From the NCBI GenBank assembly GCA_964557415.1, contig CAZLBB010000001.1:3373-67372 (forward strand): a stretch of DNA of 64,000 nucleotides. Reading direction: 5' to 3'. This document shows, piece after piece, positions 26,688 through 34,102 of this stretch. Within the stretch, counting starts at the first letter, position 1, and every line of letters begins with the position of its first letter. The stretch is from an uncultured Rhodospirillaceae bacterium (lineage in GTDB: Bacteria; Pseudomonadota; Alphaproteobacteria; JAEULC01). Under the pieces are notes generated by a model. That model was not told the DNA's origin, ran no database searches, and saw only the letters and a program-made list of their open reading frames with translations. The position numbers were made by a program, and so were the translations under genes.

Positions 26688-27686
26688 TCACCCCATCGTC
26701 GCCAGCACCTCGGCCGTGACCCGATGCCGCAGCGGGCGGCCGTCGGTCCAGGCCTCGTACTCGTCGATGACGCAGTCGGCCAGGCGCACGACCTCGTCGC
26801 CGATCGTGCCGCCGATATGCGGGCTGATGACGAGGTTGGGCAGGGTCCAGAGCGGCGAATCGGGCGGCGGCGGCTCGGGCCAGGTGACGTCGACCAGCGC
26901 CGTCAGGTCGGGGCGCTCGCCGAGCACGGCAACGAGGTCGCTCTCCACGACCTGCGCGCCGCGGCCGGTGTTGACGAAGGTGGCGCCCTCGCGCATCGAG
27001 CGGAAGTGCCGCGCCGTCAGTATGCCGAGCGTCGCCGGCAGGTCGGGGATGTGGTTGCAGACGACGGCCGAGCGCTGGAACACCTGGTCGAGCGACACGC
27101 GCTCGACGCCGAGCGCCGTTGCCCGCTCGGCCGTCAGGAGCGGGTCGTGCGCGATCACCCCGAGCGGATAGGCCTTGAGCAGCCGCGTCAGGCGCGTGCC
27201 GATCTTGCCCATCCCGATCATGCCGATGGTCTCGCCGTTGACCCCGGTACGGTGGAAGCTCTTTGCCGCGAGGCTCTTCAGCGCCTGGTACTGTCGCACC
27301 GCGCGGAAATAGCCGCGCAGCGACAGCAGGATCTGCGACAGGCACATCTCGGCGACCGGTATCGCGTTGACCTCCCAGGCGCTGACCAGCACGACGCCGC
27401 GGGCGACGAGCGGCTCGGCGAAGGCCTTGACGTTGCCGGCGGCGTAGAACACGGCCTTCAGCCTGGGCATGGCGCGGAAATGCCGCTCCTCGAAGCGGAT
27501 CATGCCCCAGGTGGCGAAGACCGCCTCGACCTCGGAAATGCCGGACGCGTGCTGGTCGAAGTTGCCCGCATGGACGATGTGCGGATAGAGCTCGGCCAGC
27601 GTCGCGATGCGCTCGCGCCGCCCCTGGCCGAACACGTCGCCGTCACCGGCCGGATAGTCGTAGAAGAACGCCGCCTTGCGCCGCAT
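26688..27686 (-). CDS. D-isomer-specific 2-hydroxyacid dehydrogenase (NAD-binding)
   Basis: GMIGMGKIGTRL NAD motif. Catalytic-region residues characteristic of the D-2-hydroxyacid dehydrogenase family. Confidence 0.85.
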   Translation of the reverse strand: MRRKAAFFYDYPAGDGDVFGQGRRERIATLAELYPHIVHAGNFDQHASGISEVEAVFATWGMIRFEERHFRAMPRLKAVFYAAGNVKAFAEPLVARGVVLVSAWEVNAIPVAEMCLSQILLSLRGYFRAVRQYQALKSLAAKSFHRTGVNGETIGMIGMGKIGTRLTRLLKAYPLGVIAHDPLLTAERATALGVERVSLDQVFQRSAVVCNHIPDLPATLGILTARHFRSMREGATFVNTGRGAQVVESDLVAVLGERPDLTALVDVTWPEPPPPDSPLWTLPNLVISPHIGGTIGDEVVRLADCVIDEYEAWTDGRPLRHRVTAEVLATMG

Positions 27687-27783
27687 CGAATTCTCCCATG
27701 GCCGCGGCCGCTCCTGCCAGATCGCAGCGGGCGACGCAACGGTGTCGCTGCCGGCTGGCCCCGCGGGCCGCGCTTTCGGACCG

Positions 27784-28905
27784 TCAGCCGCCCCAGACCT
27801 CGCGCGCCGTCTCGACCACGAGCCTGAGCTTGGCGATTTCCTCGTCGAGCGTGATGCGGTTGCCTTCGACCGTGCTGGAGAAGCCGCATTGCGGGCTGAG
27901 CGCGAGCTGCTCGAGCGGCACGTAGCGCGCCGCCTCGTCGATGCGGCGCTTCAGCAGGTCCTTGCTCTCGAGCGCGCCGTGCTTGGTCGTGACCAGGCCC
28001 AGCACCACGATCCTGCCCTTGGGCACGAAGCGCAGCGGCTCGAAGCTGCCGGAGCGCGCGTCGTCATATTCCAGGAAATACCCGTCGACGCCGATCTCGT
28101 TGAACAGGATGTCCGCCACCGGCTCGTAGCCGCCTTCGGCGACCCAGGCGCTCCGGAAGTTGCCGCGGCACAGATGCATGGTGACTTTCATGTCCGCGGG
28201 CCGGCCGGCGATCACCGCGTTGATCAGCTTGCCGTAGGTGCGCGGCAGAGTCGCCGGATCCTCGCCAATGCCCGTGCGGACCTGTTCGCGCAGCTTCGGG
28301 TCGCAGAGATAGGCGAGGTTCACCTCGTCGAGCTGCAGGTACTTGCAGCCCGCGTCGGCGAGCGCGCGCACCTCCGCGCGGTAGACGCGCGCCAAATCGG
28401 TGTAGAACGACTCCATGTCGGGATAGGCATCACGGCTGATCGCCTTCCGGCCGCCGCGGAAGTGCATCATGCTGGGCGACGGGATGGTCTGCTTGGCCGT
28501 CTTTCCGGTCGCAGCCCTCACGAAGCGGAAATGGTCGACGAAGATCGGCCGGCCGCGGCCGAGCTTGCCGTCGACGCGCAGGCCGGGCGGCTCCAGCTCG
28601 ATGTCGCCTTCGTGCGTGTGGAACTTCACTTTCACGCGCGGCGGGATCACCGTGACGTTGTCGAACTTCTCGAGGAAGTCGAGATGCCACCAGGTGCGGC
28701 GGAACTCGCCGTCGGTGACGGAGTCGAGGCCGATGTCCTCCTGCAACCTGACAACCTCGCGGATCGCCGCGTCCTCGACCTCTGCCAGCGCCTCGGCCGT
28801 GATCTCGCCGCGCTTGCGCCGCTCGCGCGCGTCCAGCAGCTTTGGCGGGCGCAACAGGCTGCCGACATGATCGGCGCGGAACGGCGGCTCGGTGCGCTGG
28901 TCCAT
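27784..28905 (-). CDS. Cobalamin-independent methionine-synthase (MetE C-terminal/UROD-fold)-like methyltransferase
   Basis: 373 aa with MetE-like motifs (HVGSLLRP, IGLDSVTDGEF, HLCRGN, ALSPQCGFS). Confidence 0.8.
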   Translation of the reverse strand: MDQRTEPPFRADHVGSLLRPPKLLDARERRKRGEITAEALAEVEDAAIREVVRLQEDIGLDSVTDGEFRRTWWHLDFLEKFDNVTVIPPRVKVKFHTHEGDIELEPPGLRVDGKLGRGRPIFVDHFRFVRAATGKTAKQTIPSPSMMHFRGGRKAISRDAYPDMESFYTDLARVYRAEVRALADAGCKYLQLDEVNLAYLCDPKLREQVRTGIGEDPATLPRTYGKLINAVIAGRPADMKVTMHLCRGNFRSAWVAEGGYEPVADILFNEIGVDGYFLEYDDARSGSFEPLRFVPKGRIVVLGLVTTKHGALESKDLLKRRIDEAARYVPLEQLALSPQCGFSSTVEGNRITLDEEIAKLRLVVETAREVWGG

Positions 28906-28990
28906 GGTTTCCTCCCGATCGTTGGCGCGATTCTAGTCGGTACCCGCGTCCAAGCCCCACCCGTTGCTCGTCCGGAAATCGGACCGTCAG

Positions 28991-29012
28991 ATTGCATATT
29001 GTATAAAATCGA
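28991..29012. promoter_or_regulatory. AT-rich 22-bp operator-like motif GATTGcATATTGTATAAAATCG (copy 1)
   Basis: Sits in the divergent promoter between the MetE-like gene (minus) and the DapA-family gene (plus). A 16-mer is identical, and the 22-mer has one mismatch, to the reverse complement of 41666..41687. Confidence 0.55.
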
Positions 29013-29060
29013 CAATCTTGCTAATAATGCGTCCAGTCAGCCGTCCCAAGGGGGTGAAAC

Positions 29061-29990
29061 GTGGCATCCAAGAGCGCGTGGCAGGGCGTATTCCCTGCGG
29101 TGACGACCAAGTTTACGACGACCGATCGCCTGGACATTGCCGAGATGGAGCGCTGTTTCGCGCTTCAGGTCGACGCCGGCGTGCATGGGCTGATCGTCTG
29201 CGGCTCGCTCGGCGAGGCCTCGACGCTCGACCCCGACGAGAAGCTCGAGGTGCTGAAGACGGCGCTGCGCGTCGCCAAGGGCCGCATCCCCGTGCTGCTG
29301 ACGGTGTGCGACGGCTCGACAAGGCGCGCGCAGGCGATGGCCGAGGCCGGCGCCAAGGCGGGCGCGGCCGGCTTCATGGTGCTGCCCGGCCTGCCCTACA
29401 AGTCGGACCCGCGCGAGACGATGGCGCATTTCCGTGCCGTGGCGAAGGCCGGCGGCCTGCCGGTCATGATCTACAACAACCCGGTGGCCTACGGCGTCGA
29501 CCTGACGCCCCCGGTGCTGGCCGAGCTCGCCTCCGAGCCGCTGTTCGCCGCGGTCAAGGAATCGTCCGACGACGTCCGCCGCGTGACCAAGATCATCAAC
29601 CTCACGGGCGACCGCTATCGCATCTTCACCGGCGTCGACAACCTGGCGCTGGAGAGCATCGCCATGGGCGCGGTCGGCTGGGTCGCGGGCCTCGTCTGCG
29701 CCTTCCCCGACGAGACCATGGCGGTTTGGAACCTGGCGCGCGCCGGCCGCATGGACGAGGCGCTCGTGGTCTATCGCTGGTTCCAGCCGCTGCTCGACCT
29801 CGATGTCTCGACCAAGCTGGTGCAGAACATCAAGCTGGTCGAGGCGCTGGTGATCGACACCAACGACCGCTGCCGCGCCCCGCGCCTGCCCTTGGCCGGC
29901 GAGGAGCGCGCCCGCGTCGAGGCGGTGGTCAAGAAGGCGCTGGCCAACCGGCCCAAGCTCGAGAAGCCGAAGCGCGCCAAGTCGGCCTGA
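29061..29990 (+). CDS. DapA/NAL-family (dihydrodipicolinate-synthase-like) class I aldolase/lyase
   Basis: GTG start with an AAGGGGGTG SD. DapA-family motifs (GLIVCGSLGE, the Schiff-base Lys region, MIYNNP). Confidence 0.85.
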   Translation: MASKSAWQGVFPAVTTKFTTTDRLDIAEMERCFALQVDAGVHGLIVCGSLGEASTLDPDEKLEVLKTALRVAKGRIPVLLTVCDGSTRRAQAMAEAGAKAGAAGFMVLPGLPYKSDPRETMAHFRAVAKAGGLPVMIYNNPVAYGVDLTPPVLAELASEPLFAAVKESSDDVRRVTKIINLTGDRYRIFTGVDNLALESIAMGAVGWVAGLVCAFPDETMAVWNLARAGRMDEALVVYRWFQPLLDLDVSTKLVQNIKLVEALVIDTNDRCRAPRLPLAGEERARVEAVVKKALANRPKLEKPKRAKSA

Positions 29991-30014
29991 CGCATCCGGT
30001 TCGATGTGTGGCGC

Positions 30015-30183
30015 TTGACCCTCACCCTCCCGCCGAAACGGCGGGCCCCTCCCTCTCCCGCTGCGCGGGCGAGGGGTTTGAGAATCTGACCCTCGCCACC
30101 CGCGCTTCGCGGGGGGAGAGGGATACGAAGGGTTAGGCGCGGCTTTTTGGCCGCGCCTTACCCGCAGTTGGGTGAGGGGGGAA
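30015..30183. repeat. Intergenic palindromic repeat element, copy A (REP/MITE-like)
   Basis: Terminal imperfect inverted repeats ccctcaccctccc and gggtgaggggg. Internal G/C-rich palindromes and the hairpin aggcgcggc-tttttg-gccgcgcct at 30135..30158. Related in style and motifs (gggagaggg, gggtt) to copies B and C. Confidence 0.5.
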
Positions 30184-30223
30184 CGGCGCCGCACGAGCGG
30201 ATCATCCTTCCTTTGGAAACTCG

Positions 30224-32224
30224 ATGCCCCTCACCCTCACCGTCACCGCCCGCGCCGCCTTCGCCGACGGCCAGGGCTTCGGCGATAGCGGCGCTTACGA
30301 GTACCTGACCGGGCGCGCGGAATACGCGCTCGACCCGAAGGCGCCCGACCTGCAGGCGGTGACCGACATCGCCTTCGCGCCGGTGGGCGCGGACGGCAAG
30401 CTGCGCTTCGCCGCCGATTTCGCGCTGCTGAAGCCGATCGACATGGCGCGCGGCAACCGCCGGGTGTTCTTCGACTATGGCAACCGCGGCAACAAGCGCT
30501 GCCTGCAGTTCTTCAACGACGCGATCGGCTCGAACGCGCCGAGCGCGCCGGAGCATGCCGGCAACGGCTTCCTGATGCGGCGCGGCTACACCGTGGCATG
30601 GCTCGCCTGGCAGGGCGACCTGCAGCCGGGCGAAGGCCGCGTGCTGATCGACCTGCCCGTGGCGACCGACCAGGGCAAGACGATCACCGGCCCGGTGCGC
30701 GTCGAGTACATCGTCAGCGAGCCGAACGTCTTCTCCCTGCCCCTGAGCGGCCAGGCGGCGGCGCGCTCCTATCCCACGGTCTCGCGCGACACGGCCAAGG
30801 CGCAGCTCACGCGGCGGCGCTACGCCGACAGCAAGCGCGAGCCGATCCCGGCCGATGCCTGGTCCTTCGCCCGGCTGGAGCACGGCACGACCGTCGACGG
30901 CGGCGGGCGCGAGCGCGCCGTCATCCCCGTGGACGACTACATCTACCTCGAGAAGGGCTTCGAGCCGGGCTGGATCTACGAGCTGGTCTACACCGCGCGC
31001 GACCCGATCATCCTCGGGCTCGGCCACGTGGCCGTGCGCGACTTCGTCAGCTTCCTGAAGCACGGCGACAGCGGCAATCCGCTCGGGAGAGGGATCGAGA
31101 AGGCCTATGCCTGGGGCCGTTCGCAGACCGGGCGCTGCATCCGCGACTTCGTCTACCTGGGATTCAACGCCGATGCCGCCGGCCGACGCGTATTCGACGG
31201 CGTGATGCCCCATGTCGCCGGCGGCGGCCGCATGTGGATGAACCACCGCTTCGCCGCGATCATGCCGCTGCCCGGCCAGGAATACGAGAACCACTTCACG
31301 CCGGTCGACCGCTTCCCCTTCTCCTACGCGCGCACGACCGACCACCTGACCGGCCGCACCGACGCCATCCTGAAGCGGCCCGAGACCGATCCGCTGGTGA
31401 TCCACACCGACACGGCGACCGAGTACTGGCTGCGGCGCGGCTCGCTGGTCGTGACCGACACGCAAGGCAGCGACATCCCCCTGCCCGACACGGTGCGCGT
31501 CTACATGTGGGCGAGCTCGCAGCACTATGCCGACCCGCAGATGAAGGAGCCGCCGCGCGGCATCTGCCTCTATCCGGCCAACGTGGTCGTCACCTCGATG
31601 CTGTTCCGCGCCGCGCTCGACAACCTCGACCGCTGGGCCACGACCGGCAAGGCGCCGCCGCCGGGCCGCCATCCGCGCCGGGCGGACGGCACGCTGGTCG
31701 CGGCCGAGGAATGGCGCAAGCAGTTCCCCGCCATCCCGGGCGCCGTGATCCCGCGCGGCCCCAGCAAGCTCGACCTGCTGGATTTCGGCCCCGACATCGA
31801 CCGTGGCCTGATCGCGAAGGAGCCGCCCTTGGTGATCGCCGGCAAGCGCTATGCCGTGCTGGTGCCGGCGGTCGACCCGGACGGCAACGACGTCGCCGGC
31901 GTCCGCGCGCCGATGGTGCAGGCACCGCTTGCCACCTATGCCGGCTGGAACATGCGCGCGCCGGGCCTGGGATTCGGCGCCATGGGGCCGATCGTCGGCA
32001 GCACGATCGCTTTTGCCGACACCCCGGAGGAGCGCGAGCGCACCGGCGACCCGCGCCGCTCGGTGTTCGAACGCTACGGCAGCAAGGACGTCTATGTGCG
32101 CGCAATCACCGAGGCCGCCCGCCGCCTCGTCGCCGACGGGCTGATGCTGGAGGAGGACATCGAGCGCGCCGCCGCCCGCGCGGCCCACTGGGGCCGCCCG
32201 CGCCACAACGTGAAGCTGGACTGA
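30224..32224 (+). CDS. Uncharacterized 666-aa protein (no signal peptide, no recognisable catalytic motif)
   Basis: Long ORF with coding-like composition. The 5' end (ATGCCCCTCACCCTCACC) resembles the terminal repeat of element A. Confidence 0.6.
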   Translation: MPLTLTVTARAAFADGQGFGDSGAYEYLTGRAEYALDPKAPDLQAVTDIAFAPVGADGKLRFAADFALLKPIDMARGNRRVFFDYGNRGNKRCLQFFNDAIGSNAPSAPEHAGNGFLMRRGYTVAWLAWQGDLQPGEGRVLIDLPVATDQGKTITGPVRVEYIVSEPNVFSLPLSGQAAARSYPTVSRDTAKAQLTRRRYADSKREPIPADAWSFARLEHGTTVDGGGRERAVIPVDDYIYLEKGFEPGWIYELVYTARDPIILGLGHVAVRDFVSFLKHGDSGNPLGRGIEKAYAWGRSQTGRCIRDFVYLGFNADAAGRRVFDGVMPHVAGGGRMWMNHRFAAIMPLPGQEYENHFTPVDRFPFSYARTTDHLTGRTDAILKRPETDPLVIHTDTATEYWLRRGSLVVTDTQGSDIPLPDTVRVYMWASSQHYADPQMKEPPRGICLYPANVVVTSMLFRAALDNLDRWATTGKAPPPGRHPRRADGTLVAAEEWRKQFPAIPGAVIPRGPSKLDLLDFGPDIDRGLIAKEPPLVIAGKRYAVLVPAVDPDGNDVAGVRAPMVQAPLATYAGWNMRAPGLGFGAMGPIVGSTIAFADTPEERERTGDPRRSVFERYGSKDVYVRAITEAARRLVADGLMLEEDIERAAARAAHWGRPRHNVKLD

Positions 32225-32227
32225 CCC

Positions 32228-33823
32228 CTACGCCACGCCGGCGACATACCCGTCGCGCTGCGGGTCGGCGCCGCCTTCGAGCATGCCGTCGAACATCGTG
32301 ATGCCGTGCGGCGCCGCGAAGGGAAAGGTCGCGGGCCAGCGCTTGACCTTGTAGCCCATCGCCTGAAGCTCGCGCTCGACGCGGCGCGGGATGCGGTTGC
32401 CGATGTCGATCGTGTTGGTGGTGGCCGAGAAGCGCGGCGCCTCGACGGCTTCCTGCATCGTCATGCCCCAGTCGAACACGTTGAGGATGACCTGCAGGAT
32501 GGCGACGCCGATCCAGGCGCCGCCGGGCGACGACACGGTCGCCACCGGCTTGCCGCCCTCGAACACGATGGTCGGGGTCAGCGACGAGAAGCGGCGCTTG
32601 CCCGGCGCGATCGACCCGGCGCGGCCGGGCCGCGGGTCGTACCAGTTCATCGCGCCGTTGAGCATGAAGCCGGTGCCGGGCACGATCACGCCGGAGGGCG
32701 TGCCGAGCGTATGCGTCAGCGAGACGACCATCCCGTCGGCATCGACGCAGCTGACCGTCGTGGTGCCCTTGGCATCGCCGGTCATGCGCGCGAAGTCGAC
32801 CTTGTGGCCGCGCTTGATGCCGGCGGCGCATTGCGCGGCGTAGCCGTCGGACAACAGGTGGTCGAGCGGCGCCGGCTGGAAGTCCGGGTCGCCGATGTGA
32901 TTCTCCTTGTCGCGCCCGGCGATCTTCATCGCCTCGGCGACGACACGGATGTAATCGGCGCTGTTGTGGCCGAGCGATACGAGGTCGAAATGCTCGAGGG
33001 TGCGCAGCATCTCGGCCACCACGATGCCGCCGGCGGGCGGCGGCGGCAGGGCGAAGACGCGGCCGCGATAGCCGACCTTGAGCGGCTTTTCGGTGCGGGG
33101 CTTGAAGTTCCTCAGGTCGTCGAGAGTCAGCGGCCCGCCGTTTGCTTCCATGTCCGCGACGATGCGCCGGGCGATCGCGCCGGTGTAGAAGCTCTCCGCC
33201 CCGTCGCGGGCGATGCCGCGGAGCGTCTCCGCCAGTTCCTGGTTGCGCACCGCGTCGCCGACCCGCTTGGGCGTGCCGTCCGGCCGCAGATAGAGCCGAG
33301 CGCCGTCCGGCGTGAAGGCGAGCTTCGCGCGATAAGGCAGGCGCCCGAGCCAAGCCTCGTCGAGCGAGAACATGGTGTAGACATGCGGGCGCACGATCCA
33401 GCCTTCCTCGGCCGCGGCGATAGCGGCGTCGAAGAGCTGGCCCCAGGGCTTGCGGCCGAACCGGGCATGGGCGAGGCCGAACACCCGCAGGATTCCCGGC
33501 GTGGTGACCGCGGTGCGTCCAAGCTCGTTGACGCCGCCCTTGAGCACGAAGCCGTAGCCGTCGGCGCATTCGCGCTCGAACAGATGCGCCCACATGTCGG
33601 GCCTCGAGCTGCCGGGACAGGTGGACAGCCCGTCGAGCACGAGATTGGCGCCCGTCCTGGGATCGTAGATCTGCAGGCTGCCGAGCCCGCCGATGCCGCT
33701 CATCAGCGGATCGACCACGCCCTGCGTGAACGCCGCAGCCAGCGCCGCGTCCAGCGCGTTGCCGCCGGCGCCGAGCATCTCCGATCCCGCCTCGACCGCT
33801 TCCGGCTGCGGCGCCGTGATCAT
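32228..33823 (-). CDS. Gamma-glutamyltransferase-family protein (Ntn hydrolase), no signal peptide
   Basis: ORF trimmed to MITAPQPEAVEAGSEML. GGT motifs (GGNALDAALA, the catalytic Thr region GTTTVSCVDADG, PGTGFMLN). Confidence 0.85.
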   Translation of the reverse strand: MITAPQPEAVEAGSEMLGAGGNALDAALAAAFTQGVVDPLMSGIGGLGSLQIYDPRTGANLVLDGLSTCPGSSRPDMWAHLFERECADGYGFVLKGGVNELGRTAVTTPGILRVFGLAHARFGRKPWGQLFDAAIAAAEEGWIVRPHVYTMFSLDEAWLGRLPYRAKLAFTPDGARLYLRPDGTPKRVGDAVRNQELAETLRGIARDGAESFYTGAIARRIVADMEANGGPLTLDDLRNFKPRTEKPLKVGYRGRVFALPPPPAGGIVVAEMLRTLEHFDLVSLGHNSADYIRVVAEAMKIAGRDKENHIGDPDFQPAPLDHLLSDGYAAQCAAGIKRGHKVDFARMTGDAKGTTTVSCVDADGMVVSLTHTLGTPSGVIVPGTGFMLNGAMNWYDPRPGRAGSIAPGKRRFSSLTPTIVFEGGKPVATVSSPGGAWIGVAILQVILNVFDWGMTMQEAVEAPRFSATTNTIDIGNRIPRRVERELQAMGYKVKRWPATFPFAAPHGITMFDGMLEGGADPQRDGYVAGVA

Positions 33824-33869
33824 CGAGCGGGCGGCCGGCAGCCGCCGCGCGGGCCTGGGCATGGGTCGA

Positions 33870-34079
33870 CTAGCGGCGGCTCGGGCTCGGCAGGACCAGC
33901 TTCGCCACCATATGGATGATGGCGCCCAGCACGAACCAGGTCGCCAGGAACGCGCCGGTCTCGAGCAGGAAGCTCTTGAACTTGTAGAACAGCTCCGCGA
34001 TCACCAGCGCGGCGATGAAGCTGACTGGCTCGCTGAGCCAGACCTGGCGATCCTTGAGCGACTTCAGCAGCGTGAACAT
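33870..34079 (-). CDS. Small 69-aa two-TM membrane protein
   Basis: MFTLLKSLKDRQVWLSEPVSFIAALVIAELFYKFKSFLLETGAFLATWFVLGAIIHMVAKLVLPSPSRR, with a strong AAAGGAGGA SD 6 nt upstream. Lies 23 nt downstream of the BNR giant gene. It is in the ORF track only as the tail of the antisense ORF 33870..36368. Confidence 0.5.
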   Translation of the reverse strand: MFTLLKSLKDRQVWLSEPVSFIAALVIAELFYKFKSFLLETGAFLATWFVLGAIIHMVAKLVLPSPSRR

Positions 34080-34102
34080 CCAGTCCTCCTTTGAATCGGG
34101 AA

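Noticed and set aside
27676-29103. Plus-strand 475-aa ORF
   Set aside because: Antisense to the MetE-like gene.
30158-32206. Minus-strand 682-aa ORF
   Set aside because: Antisense to the 30224..32224 gene. It also spans repeat element A.
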